A stretch of 64,000 nt of DNA from Octopus vulgaris (lineage: Eukaryota). Of the stretch, positions 12,707 to 26,192 are shown one piece after another. The number at the start of each line of letters is the position of its first letter. The first letter of the stretch is position 1. The stretch lies in contig OX597819.1 of NCBI GenBank assembly GCA_951406725.2, positions 97,650,001-97,714,000 on the forward strand, written 5' to 3'. The notes below the pieces were generated by a model. That model saw only the letters and a list, made by a program, of their open reading frames with translations. It did not search any database and was not told the DNA's origin. A program made the translations under genes and the position numbers.

Positions 12707-14117
12707 ACATTGCCATGATTTTTATACGGCACTATAGCACCAGTGCGTATGTGTGTGTGTGTGTGTGTGTAGGTGCGTATGTGCATCTATGTGCACGCAT
12801 GCATGTGTGTTGGCGCCTGTGAGTGTGTCTGTGCACGTTGTTCTGCTCTCATTCTCCTGCTGTGCATTTATGTCGTTGTGTGTGTGTGTGTGCATGAGCG
12901 TAATATGCGTCTGTGTATGTGTGCATATGAGTATTTGCTTTTGTGTGTGTGTGTGTGCATGTGTGTATGCATGCAAGTGTATGCTTATGTTTATTTAAGG
13001 AAATGAATATGTACGCTAATGCAACTGTACGCGCATTGATTTGTGTCAAATCACTATTATGTACACATATGTACGTGCGTGTGTGTGTGTGTGTGTGCTT
13101 GTGTGTGTGTATGTGTGTGGTATCTTATGTGTATGTGCTTGTGTATGTGTGAGCGTGTGTGTGTGTTATCGTAAATTAGATAAATGATTAGCATGGTCGA
13201 TTCGATTGCTTGTCTGCCTTTCTAAGCCGCGCTCTGATTGGCTGACGATAAGAAGGCGTCCAACTGATAAATCAGTTTACCTTCCTCACGTAGAGCGGAC
13301 GTATTTGTATATTTGGTCTGTAATTGTACATTTCTCAGACTGGAACACTCTCCGGACACAGGCCAGTTATAGCTACAGAACAAAACCATATACAAAGCTA
13401 TAAAACAAAGCGCCAATTGCACAAATATCACTCAATTCACCTCACCCTGTTGAACAAAAGGATTAGTACTTTCTGGAACGTGGCCTAAAAGGCTTAGCAA
13501 TCAAACAAGGGGAGCTTTTAATCAATGTACATCTGTTTAAAAACAAAGCCAGTTGAACAAGGTAAACAATATCGCTATTACTGCTCCTGTTATTGTTGTA
13601 TATTTGCTGCTAGATTGTTGAACCTGATAAGTGTACGAGGCTAAAACTTATGCTGTGTGTATTGCCATACGTTTCGGAATCATTTAAAATATTACTTGCA
13701 TATTATTGCTAACATCATGAAAAGAGAATATTCTTAAATATATATATATATTGTTTCAGATATACGCACACGCACGCACGCGCACACACACACACGGACA
13801 CGCGCACATATCTGGTTAGATAAACAGTTGTATAACATTGTTCCAACATTACAAAAGTCCCATCAATGGACCTAGGAAAGGAATATCGGAAAAGCACCGT
13901 TTCCCTTCCAACACTCCCTTTCTAGAAGCTCTCTCACACACACACACACGCATACACTCACGAACATACACACACACAAACATACACACATACAAATGCA
14001 CACACTTATGTGTGTGTGTGTATTTGTGTGTATGTGTGTGTGTGTGTGTGTGCGTGTGTGAGTGTGTGCGCGCATGTGTTCAGTAATACAAAGAAGAAAA
14101 TAGAACTCAGAACACGA

Positions 14118-14165
<48 letters not shown>

Positions 14166-14186
14166 TGTATTAATCGGCATTAGGTC

Positions 14187-14291
14187 TGCCGAGGTCGATA
14201 AATTAAGTACCAGTTGCGTACTGGGATCTATCTAGTCGACTGGCCTCCTCCTCCCAAAATTTCGGGCCTTGTGCCTAGAGTAGAAAAGATT
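14187..14291 (+). mobile_element. SINE family A 3' part with internal deletion, tail type 2
   Basis: GCCGAGGTCGA|TAAATTAAGTACC junction; tail CCCAAAATTTCGGGCCTTGTGCCTAGAGTAGAAAAG. Confidence 0.8.
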
Positions 14292-14368
14292 AATCGACAT
14301 TGGCACGTATCAAACAGGGCAACGCACGAAACTCTCGACTGTTGAGTCACTTTCCAACTTCCGTCGAT

Positions 14369-14403
<35 letters not shown>

Positions 14404-14519
14404 TATGTATACATGTATAAGTATATGTACGTATGTGTATGTATATTAGCGAGTGTATGTGTGCGAGCGCGTTTGTGCGTCTGTGTGTCAGTATCAGTCA
14501 ATGTATCTATGTGTATATA

Positions 14520-14561
<42 letters not shown>

Positions 14562-14606
14562 TGTAGATATATCATATTCCAAAATTCTATGTTTACCATT
14601 TTATTT

Positions 14607-14992
14607 GACTCTTTTTACTCTCTCTTTTACTTGTTTCAGTCATTTGACTGTGGCCATGCTGGAGCACTGCCTTTTCAATCCAGCGAATCGACCCCAGGAC
14701 TTATTCTTTGTAAGCCTAGTACTTATCCTATCGATTTCTTTTGCCGAACCGCTAAGTTACAGGGACGTAAACACACCAGCATCGGTTGTCAAGTGATGTT
14801 GGGGGGACAAACACAGGCACACTAACATACACACACACCACACACATACATAGATATATACGATGGGATTCTTTCAGTTTCCGTCTACCAAATCTACTCA
14901 CAAGGCTTTGGTCGGCCTGAGGCTATATTAGAACACACTTGACCAAGGTGCCACGAAGTGGGACTGAACCCGGAACCATGTAGTTCGTAAGC
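14607..14992 (-). mobile_element. SINE family B
   Basis: Colinear with 9052-9495. Confidence 0.9.
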
Positions 14993-15029
14993 TCTCATTA
15001 AATAGAAAAATATATTCTTCTCAGTTCTC

Positions 15030-15430
15030 TGATTTTGGCACGAGGCCAGCAGTTTGGAGGTGAAGCTGTGTTATTTGATGCTAGCGATCTTAGTACTTGA
15101 CTGGTACTTCGTTATATCGACCCGCGAGGAATGAAATTCAAAGTTGACCTTAGTGGGATTTGAACCCAGTACGTAAAGAACCAGAAAAAAATACTGCAGG
15201 GCATTTTATCTGATGCTCTAAAGATTCCGTCACTAATAAGGATAATAATTTCCAATATTGGCACAAGATCTTACACGTGTAGGTAACGCAGCTAATCGAC
15301 CGAATCGGCCCCTAGTACATTACTGGTCCTTGTTTTGTGAACTACAAAGGGATGTAGAAGAAAGTCGTGGGATTTGAAAGTGGAACATAAAGGGATCTAA
15401 ATAAATGGTGCGAAGCCATTAGTCTGCCGA
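15030..15430 (-). mobile_element. Two tandem, diverged SINE family A copies
   Basis: TTTTGGCACGAGGCCAGCA...AAAGTTGACCT...GATTTGAAC pattern occurs twice. Confidence 0.7.
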
Positions 15431-15618
15431 CGGAAAGTTGTGGCATTCTCTAGTTCGTTTTAGGCCTTTAGTTCAAGACCATGCTGGAGCACTATCTCAC
15501 TTGACACAACTCCCTCCCATCACATCGTTGCCCTTCAATGTCCAGATTTATTAGTCAACTGTAACCGTGAAGTCATACAGTTGTTTTGCTCTGTATATTT
15601 AGAATGGATCGTTGTTTC

Positions 15619-15649
<31 letters not shown>

Positions 15650-15659
15650 CTGTTATTTG

Positions 15660-15890
15660 CAGCTGTTGTTTTTTAGTCTCTGGCCAACCGGGATCGATCA
15701 GACCTACGATCTAAAGCGTTCAATCTGTGACCGATCTGTCTTTATATTCAGTCACAGTGCATCAAGGACTACATTATTCAATGTTCCCCGTCAGTTTTTT
15801 AAAATTCTTTTTTAAGATAGTAAGCTTGTAATCTGAGTGAGATTTGACTGCTATTTATAGTAGGTCAAATAACCGCGTAGAAACTCGTTT
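15660..15890 (-). mobile_element. Old dispersed repeat family E with (CAA)n tail (also ~8895-8960, 17630-17820, 19200-19380, 59220-59620)
   Basis: Shared motifs ACTACATTATTCAATG and TTTGACTGCTATTTATAGTAGGTC; adjacent (TTG)n. Confidence 0.55.
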
Positions 15891-16029
15891 GAAATGATTG
15901 CGACAATCGAGACCTCTCACTCATTCCCACGTAGTAACAAAAATATTTGTTTTTAACACCACGAGGCACTAATGGGTAAGAGGAACCTTCTGTAGAGAAG
16001 AATTAACAAGAAGTATAACCCCGAATTAT

Positions 16030-16787
16030 ATGTGCATTTCTGATCACGAGCAGGAGTAGTGGGGGAGCATCATAGCCATGTGTTGAGAGGAATTCTGTGG
16101 GGCTTGAATAATTCACTCATGAAAATATGGATGTTTCGTTCATCATCCTTCAACGAGTGGCTGTGTGGTAAGTAGCTTGCTTACCAACCACATAGTTCTG
16201 GGTTCAGTCCCACTGGGTGGCACCTTGGGCAAGTGTGTTCTACTATAGCCTCGGGCCGACCAAAGCCTTGTGAGTGGATTTGGTAGACGGAAACTGTCAT
16301 ATATGTGTGTATATGTTTGTATGTGTATATGTTTGTGTGTTTGTGTTTGTCCTCCCACCATCGCTTGACAACCGATGTTAGTGTGTTTACGTTCCCGTAA
16401 CTTAGCGGTTCGGCAAAAGAGACCGATAGAATAAGTACTAGGCTTACAAAGAATAAGTCCTGGGTCGATTTGCTCGACTAAAAGGCGGTGCTCCAGCATG
16501 GCCACAGTTAAATGACTGAAACAAGTAAAAGAGTAAAAGAGTAAACATTATTCAAGGACTTTTTGAGTGGGACGAGATACTCGGCCCGAAGAAAATTCTA
16601 ATCGGGCATTACCTGAAAGGTCATGCACTGCTTTTCTCTTGATATGAGATTACCATGTCGCGCACATATGGTTGTGATGCATGTGCCTGGTGTAACCTTA
16701 GGTAGGTAGACATGATGAGTATCTTGGGCATCGTATCATTGGTACCCCAGTGTCACTTTGAAGGTATGCATTGCTCTCTCCCTCTCA
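16030..16787 (+). mobile_element. (TAA)n-type non-autonomous element interrupted by a SINE B
   Basis: 16030-16154 and 16546-16787 are consecutive parts of the element seen at 54703-55228. Confidence 0.8.
16155..16545 (+). mobile_element. SINE family B, nested insertion
   Basis: GAGTGGCTGTGTGGTAAG...AAGTAAAAGAGTAAAAGAGTAAA. Confidence 0.92.
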
Positions 16788-16821
16788 ATAACAATAACAA
16801 CAGCAACAATATTAATAATAC

Positions 16822-17048
16822 TTTCAAATTTTGACTCAGAGTCAGCAGTTTCGGCAGAGGGGGAAGTCGATTTCATCAGCCTCCAGTGTTCAACTGAAAC
16901 TTATTTTATCGACCTCGAAAGGATGAAAGGCAAAGTAGACCTCAGTAGCATTTGAACTTTGAACGTAAAGATGGGCGAAATCCCGCTAAGCATTCTATCC
17001 TGCATTGTAACGACACTACCAGTTCGGTGCTGCTGCTAATGATGATGG

Positions 17049-17098
<50 letters not shown>

Positions 17099-17530
17099 GT
17101 GGTGGTGATGATAATGATGATGATGATAATGATGATGATGATGATGATGAGGATGATGATGATGATGAGGATGATGATAATCATGATGATGGTAGTGGTT
17201 TCAAATTTTGGCACAAGGCCAGCAAGTTAAGGGATAGTTGATTACATCGACACCAGCGTTCAACTGACATTTATTTTATTGACCCTGAGAGGATGAAAGG
17301 CAAATTCAACGTCGGCGGAATTTGAACTCATAATAATGATGGTAATGATTTCTAATGTAGGCACAAGGTCAACATTTTAAAGGGGAGGATTATGTCGCTG
17401 CTATGGACTGGGGTCAATGGTAAAGAAAGGATGAAAAGCAAAGTTGACCTCGGTGTGATTTTAACTCAAAAAGTAAAGAGCCGGAGCACATCGCAGAGGC
17501 GTTTTGTCCGACGCTCTATCAATTTTGCCC
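16822..17530 (-). mobile_element. Cluster of three SINE family A copies separated by (GAT)n
   Basis: GGATGAAAGGCAAA/GACCTC/TTTGAACT at ~16920, ~17290 and ~17430. Confidence 0.8.
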
Positions 17531-17857
17531 GTTCAATAATTTCCAACATAGGTGCAAAGCACGCCTTCTGGGGTTTGGTTTTGCCTTTAATTCTTCAGAT
17601 GTCGATAAAATATGTAGTTGCTTAGTCGCTGGTCAGCACCGATTGAGCAAACCTATTATCAAAGACATTCCATTCATGACAATTCCGTCTTTGTGTACAA
17701 TTAGGTTTACATTGTCCACCGTGTCCGGTCTTCTTTTAGAATACTAGGACATGCGATCAGGAACAGTTAGTTGGTTGCTATTTGTAGCAAGCTAATTGAT
17801 GGTATGGAAGTTCCTTTGAACGTTCACCTAAAATCTTGCCATTTACTTCTGTGAGAA

Positions 17858-17907
<50 letters not shown>

Positions 17908-17918
17908 CATTATTATTA

Positions 17919-18001
<83 letters not shown>

Positions 18002-18529
18002 GAGTGAGAGAGCAGTGCATGCCATCAAAGTGACACTGGGGTAAAATATACGAAGCCCAATATACCCATCATGACTACCCGTCTGATAAGGGTACACCAA
18101 GCACATGCATCACAACCATATGTGCGCGACATGGTGATCTCATATCAAGATAAACAGCACATGACCTTGCAGGTGGGGCCCAGTTAGAATTTTCTTCAGG
18201 TTGAGTAGCCCATCCCGCTCAAAAGGTCCCTGAATAAGGGTTGTTTAAGGATGTTGAAAGAACCACCCATGTTTCCAGAGGTGAATTATTCAAACCCCAA
18301 AGAATCCCTCTCAACACATGGCTATGATGCTCCCCCTACCTAAGGGACATGCTCAACTGGATAGGGTCAAACAACTCTTTGGTATTGAGACAAGCAAGTC
18401 TTTGGTATTGAGAAGAATATTTATTGTTGCTCATCTTTTATACTAAGACAAAACATGTAAATGCTAACACTTACAATCAGTTAAGATCAGAAACCATGAG
18501 AGCCAGTACCTGGTATTGCATCTGGGTAT
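18002..18529 (-). mobile_element. (TAA)n-inserted non-autonomous element, both termini present
   Basis: (ATT)n on both flanks; minus-strand termini ATACCCAGATGCAATACCAGG...CTGCTCTCTCACTC; small internal deletion and a 15-bp duplication. Confidence 0.85.
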
Positions 18530-18546
18530 TTATTATTATTATTATG

Positions 18547-18590
<44 letters not shown>

Positions 18591-18609
18591 GATGATGATG
18601 ATGATGATG

Positions 18610-18658
<49 letters not shown>

Positions 18659-18663
18659 TGATG

Positions 18664-18700
<37 letters not shown>

Positions 18701-18714
18701 TGATGATGATGATG

Positions 18715-19109
<395 letters not shown>

Positions 19110-19719
19110 AAAGAACCAACAGTTATTACCATTGAACGCTTTATCTTTTGGAAGTATCTTGAGCAGTCTTAATAAAACCGAGATGTCGTTCTTCAGCCGC
19201 AAATCAACCCTGCTTAAGCGGGCTTAATGAATAAAGACGATCTAATCATATCAATACCATCCTTGTCTAGAGCTTCGAGTATCAACGACTGACTGCATTA
19301 TCCAACGTGCCCTTGTCTTCTCAAGGCTCATAGTGTATTTTGGCTGCTATTTTTAGTAAGTCGATTGACCTAGTAGCTTTTCTTTCATTGGTTCGAGAGC
19401 TGGGATGTTATATTAGTTATTTCGTCCGTGTGTCTCACCACACCATACCACATCACACAACACGGTTGTTACTATTTTTTTTTCAATATGTTGTTATATA
19501 ACCTCGCGTGAAATAGTGTAAACACACGTTATCATATTATGATTATACATCCTAATTTCATTTAATTATAACCATCGAAACTCACCGAACACTCCCAACA
19601 ACCAATCGATGACACGGTTTCTGTTCCCAGTCGCAGTTTTTTTTTTTAATTGATTATTTACATCAATTATGCATTGGAAAAGCATGAACATCGCATAATC
19701 TTACAACTACCCTTCCTCT

Positions 19720-20410
<691 letters not shown>

Positions 20411-20744
20411 AAAACACCTGCTATCTATCTATATAGATTTCATACTTATTATCTAAAAACTATGATTGTATTTCGTTGTTGATTCTCATCATGTTTTAAT
20501 TAATCTCTATTATAATTGCAAAAAAAGGTGATAAAATATAAGGAAAAAAAAACAACACCAAACAGCATGATAAAACCGACAAATTTTACCTCAAGTACCC
20601 TAATTTGGGTACGTATTGAATTTATGTATTCTCTAATAGAAGTTTTAATAAGGTTGGCTAAGAGTTTCCGTGTTTTCTTGATAATATGGTAGTTAAAAAC
20701 ATAAATTCTGTTTTATTCCTAGTCATATAAATACATGCAAGGAG

Positions 20745-20749
<5 letters not shown>

Positions 20750-20828
<79 letters not shown>

Positions 20829-21017
20829 GGGCTTCTTTCAGCTTCCGTCTACCAAATCCACTCACAAGGCTTTGGTCTGCTCGAGGCTACAGCAGAAGGC
20901 ACTTGCTCAAGGTGCCGCGCAGTGGGGCTGAACCCAGAAACATATAGTTGGTAAGCAAGCCACTTCAAGCTACTTACCACATAGCCACTCATGCACCTAT
21001 ACATGGCCACTCCTGCG

Positions 21018-21020
<3 letters not shown>
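20750..21020 (-). mobile_element. SINE family B 5' half ending in (CA)n
   Basis: GGGCTTCTTTCAG...GGCCACTCCTGCGCC on the plus strand. Confidence 0.85.
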
Positions 21021-21073
<53 letters not shown>

Positions 21074-21332
21074 AACATAGACATAGGCACATAATACATA
21101 GATTAACGCATTGTTCGCATATTATCTATATGTGTTTATATATATATTTGTGTATGTATATTTCTATGTATATATATGTTTGTATATATATATATGTGTG
21201 TTTATATATGTATATGTCTATGTATGTATGTATGTATGTATGTATGTATGTATGTATGTATGTATGTATGTATGTATGTATGTATGTATGTATGTATGTA
21301 TGTATGCATGTATGTATGCAAGTATGTATGTA

Positions 21333-21376
<44 letters not shown>

Positions 21377-21471
21377 GCAATATATATGTGCATGTGTATT
21401 TATGTATGTATGCATATGTATACATATATATATATGTATATATATATGCATATGTATGTATGTATGTATTA

Positions 21472-21508
<37 letters not shown>

Positions 21509-21549
21509 AACACACACTCACACGCACACACATAATCCTGGCAATCATT

Positions 21550-21665
21550 TTATTAACACGTGATGCAGGACCCTGCCTAGATGAAAAGGAAATCCGTAAG
21601 ACTTTGACTGATATAAATGGGAGCAGTATACAACTCCAACGTAAGATCCAGTAGGCTTTAGATGA
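21550..21665 (+). mobile_element. Possible RTE LINE 3' remnant
   Basis: LTRDAGPCLDEKEIRKTLTD resembles the RTE C-terminal L.RDtG...el...m.DR..W; short and weak. Confidence 0.3.
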
Positions 21666-22068
21666 GCCCCATAGAGTGAGTAATAAATATAATAATTCAA
21701 ATAAGGGAAGGAGGAGGTCAAATCGACATTACAATATCTCATTCCATATCTCATACAACGATATGCAACAGACACAATGTTGTGTAATACATACCATAAT
21801 ATATAGAAATATACGATAATAAACTTATAGTCCATTCGTCTCGTTAGATGTTCGTAACTTGAAAACACAATCGACCAAATGCCTGTTTTGGAATATCTCA
21901 TTACATATTTTCATATACTATGGCGTATATTACATGGCAGTGTATTAATTGCATAAGATTATATGAGATATGAAATAAAAATATTGTTCATTTACGGTAA
22001 CAATTGTAATGTCAATTTGACTTCTTTCCTCATTTAAATTATTACTTTATATATATACATGTATGTAG

Positions 22069-22116
<48 letters not shown>

Positions 22117-22121
22117 GTATA

Positions 22122-22237
22122 TAGTGGTTGTGTGGTAAGAAGCTTGCTTCCCAACCACATGGTTTCGAGTTCAGTCCCACTGCGTGGCACTTTGGGTAGG
22201 TGTCTTCTACTATAGCCTCGGGCCGACAAAAGCCTTG
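22122..22237 (+). mobile_element. SINE family B 5' fragment
   Basis: GTGGTTGTGTGGTAAGAAGCTTGC...GGGCCGACAAAAGCCTTG. Confidence 0.85.
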
Positions 22238-22239
22238 AT

Positions 22240-22570
22240 CACGGCACTCCTATTTTCGAGAATCTGAGATCCATATTGGCACTGAATATTTTGCTCTGGA
22301 TTGTCTATGGGTCATGTCAACAAAGTGGAGAGGGTCTGTGAGGTGTTGTGCAAGCCTTATTTGACATAAAATTGTAGTTTGCGCGATCGTCAGCGAGGCG
22401 ACTTTCCGATGCCCGGTCGAATAGAAGGGCGCCGCGACGAGCATGTAAAGCACAGGTGCGAGCCCTGGTGAAACCAACTGCGAGTGCAATAATCATATGC
22501 ACAGACATTGCTGACATTTTTGCATGGACAATGGTCAGTGATAGTTTTCCTCACCTACGAGTGGACAACC
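22240..22570 (+). mobile_element. Degenerate Tc1-like transposase fragment
   Basis: Frameshifted VSEATFRC...RRAPRRACK...GQWSVIVFLTYE resembles VS..TirRrL...rarrp...qW..vlFtDE. Confidence 0.4.
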
Positions 22571-22608
22571 ATCATTTATGTATGTATGTATGTATGTATG
22601 TATGTATG

Positions 22609-24260
22609 TCATTATTCAGTGTATTTCAAGATTTCTTGCCGATAGAGAAAGAACCGGTTTCTAACCTAGATCCAAGGTTCCGTCATTGGAATTTCAACTT
22701 TAACGGTATTTTTCATTGTATGTATGTATGTATGTATGTATGTATGCATGTATGTATGTATGTATGTATGTATGTATGTATGTATGTATGTATGTATGTA
22801 TGTATGTATGTATGTATATATTCATGTAAGTATGTGCAGATTTGTATGCTTTATGTATGTATTCTCATGCATACAGTTGCATATCTAGGCATGCTAAAAA
22901 ATGATAAACTTCTGGAAAGTTTTACAGATTTTTACAGTTCCAGTGATGGACTGGATCTGTAGTCTTCGAATTAGCTTTCTTCTTTCTGATTTTTGAGATG
23001 CCAAATTTCTAAAGATTCAGGCAGTGCGTTACATATCACAGGGCCCCAATAATTATAGGTGTAAACTTGAACTTGTAATCTGGATAGAGTAACTGCAGAT
23101 TTCTCAATAGTTCAGCATAGGTGTTCTCTTTTTCAATGATCTTCAGCTTTATGTTAACATCCGCTGGGCTGCTAATTTCCACAATTGTGCATAGTTTCTC
23201 TTCTCTATCCCAAATCATTATATCAGGTCTATTGTGCTTACATTTTATTGAGGTCTTCACTGGTACATTCCACCAGTATTCCTTTTTTCATTATGAGTGG
23301 CTATGGTTTCTACCATATAGTGGGTTCTTATTTCTTTGTCCTTCCAACAGATTTCATTATAGAGTGTCCTAGCTACAACGTCATGTCTCATCGGTAGATA
23401 ATACTGTGTTGACATTTTCGGACAACTGCTTATGATGTGGGTAATACCTTCAGTGTGTACTCCACAAAGTCTGCATCGGTTGTCATTTTCCGGCTTTTCC
23501 TGCATTTCTATCCCTTTTGTGTATCAGGTACTCAGTTGATATTTCCTGTTCCTGGATTGCAAACGGGTATCCTTCAAAGTGGTGGTGGAGGGTAGTAATC
23601 CGGTTATTGGTTCATGATAACCTGTTTTGATGATCGATGTTTCTATCATCACGGAGCCTTCTACTAACATATCCATGCATAGTCTTCTGCTCATATAGGC
23701 ACATCCTTTCATCTGATGATACGTTGTGGTAGAGTTGTGCGACTTCTTTGGTCATGTATTCTAAGTTATCAGACAAAAAGTGTTGCTCAAGGAGCTGTCT
23801 GCCAAGTCTTATGATGTTATCAGCCTCATGTATGCAAACTTGGTCAAGAGATGCACTTCGACATTTGGTGGTTAAAAGATTTTGTCCAAGGGATATGATA
23901 CGACATTCAAAGGCATTTTGTATCGATGTTAAACCTCTGCCGCCTTGTTTTCAGTTTAAGAAGAGGCGGTCTACGTCACTGTTTATGTGAAAATCATGTG
24001 TGCTTCGGGTTTTCAAATTAATGGCTCGGATTGCATCAATCGTCTAATCAAGCAGCCCGAATGTTGGTATGAGTACTGGCACTGCAAACACATTGTGGGC
24101 CACTGCTTTATTGAGAGCAGAGAGTTCTGAAGTCCAAATTTTCTTTATTCGGCCGTAATATTCTTTAGTGACGCATGTTTTGTTGCAGGGGCGATTGTAA
24201 GATATATTTTCATCCACTCCTAGATACCTGTAACATCCTTCGTCAGATACAGAGTAAATA
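22609..24260 (-). mobile_element. 5'-truncated R4/Dong retrotransposon (RT end, CCHC finger, REL endonuclease) inserted in (CATA)n
   Basis: YRYLGVDENISYN; CRLCGVHTEGITHIISSC; RHD; NRPDIMIWDREEKLCTIVEIS...EKENTY; PIIIGAL; stop at ~22894; frameshifted; (TATG)n on both sides. Confidence 0.92.
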
Positions 24261-24321
24261 GTATGTATGTATGTATGTATGTATGTATGTATGTATGTAT
24301 GTATGTATGTATGCATGTATG

Positions 24322-24610
24322 TCATTATCCTGTTTTATTTCAAGATTTCTTACCAATAGAGAAAGAGCCGGTTTCTACCCTAGATCCTTCATTGGATTTC
24401 AACTATTTTTGTATGTATGTATGTATGTATGTATGTATGTATGTATGTATGTATGTATGTATGTATGTATGTATGGATGGATGGATGGATGATGTCTCTT
24501 CTGTATTTAATCATTTAAATTCCTCATCTGGAGAAGGAGCTGATTTCTAACGAAGATACAAAAGTCCATCGTTGGAATGTAAAGGAAATGTCATATTTTA
24601 AACCTGATGT
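24322..24610 (-). mobile_element. Two further R4/Dong 3' UTR stubs in the same (CATA)n tract
   Basis: 24322-24405 is nearly the same as 22609-22700; ~24492-24610 is a diverged version (GGAGCTGATTTCTAAC). Confidence 0.75.
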
Positions 24611-24854
24611 GTGTATGTATGTATGTATGTATGTATGTATGTATGTATGTATGTATGTGTGTATGTATGTATGTATGTATGAATGATTGTTTGTTAGTAG
24701 TATGTGGTTATTACAGCAAAATTTGACAGTTCACTCTGAGTTTTGCGTTAGGATTGGCTGTTGACGAATGTCGTAAAATGTGCTTAGGACGAAACTCAAA
24801 GTAGACGGTCACTTTTCGATGTAATGAACACAACTTCAATTCTACTCAACATAT

Positions 24855-25340
24855 TGGTTTCAAATTTTGACACAAGGTCAGAAATTCAGTTGGAAGGGGT
24901 AAGTTGATTACATAGGACCCATTGCTCGACTGGTATTTGTTTTATTGACCCAGAAAAGATGAAAAGCAAAGTTGACCTCGACGGAATTTGAACTCAGAAC
25001 GAAGTCAGACGAAATGTCGCTAAGCGTACTAACGGTTCTGCTAGGTGGCCACCACCATTCTACTCAACATGTTGAGATAATGTTTGCGCTGTATAAATTA
25101 TATTCTAATATTTTTCAATATACTATGTTGACGAGCAGGCAGAATCGTTAACATGTCGGGCTAAAAGCTTAGCGGCATTTCACCCGTTCTCACGTTCCGA
25201 GTTCAAATTACGCCAAAGTAAACTTTGCCTTTTATCCTTTCGGGTTCAATAAAATAAGAACCTGTCGTGCACCGAGGTCGATGTAATCGACTTATATCCT
25301 TCCCCAAAATTGCTAGCCTTGTGTCAAAATCTGAAATTAT
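24855..25340. mobile_element. Two SINE family A copies head to head (24855-25045 minus, 25130-25340 plus)
   Basis: Family A body in opposite orientations. Confidence 0.85.
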
Positions 25341-25495
25341 CATATTTCAATAATCTTTATAACTTTTACATTACGATACACACACACATTTATATATATG
25401 CGTGCTTATGTATATATATGTATGTATAAATGAGTGTGGTTATATATATACACACACATAACATATAGAGATATGTATATGTACAGATATCAATA

Positions 25496-26041
25496 TCTAT
25501 AAATCTGAAATGCGAAAAGTTTGTTTGTCTGGTTTTGGCATTGGAACGGGTTAAAGGGCACTAGATCCCGTCGAATTGACTCCAAAATTTACAGGGACAT
25601 GTAAAATGAGGTGAGGATGTGAGTGGACTAGGTTAGAAATCCTTATCTTAAAAGATGTGGTTACTAGGGCAAAAAACGCACACTTTGGCAAGTCTCCTCT
25701 CATTCTCTTATCTGCATGTCTTTCTCTGTCTCTCTCTGTTTCCTCCCTTCCCATCAGTTTCTCTCTATAAGGACGTTTAACAGATACTACTATCTTTCCC
25801 CGCCGCATTCGCCAGCGCTGTCACTCTGTCCCTCACCGCCTCCCCCTCTCTCTCTGTACGTCTGTCTGCATTCATAGAGAGTTTTATTATCGCCATCACC
25901 ATCACACAATCATGAGAACAAATATTATGAATCAGATATTTATTGGGTTAATTTATATGTGTGTGTGTGTCTGTATCTATATATAAATATGTATATATAA
26001 TGTATATATATATATATACAAAGTGTATATATCTGTATTTA

Positions 26042-26095
<54 letters not shown>

Positions 26096-26126
26096 TTCAC
26101 ACACACACACATATACATAATGCGTA

Positions 26127-26192
<66 letters not shown>

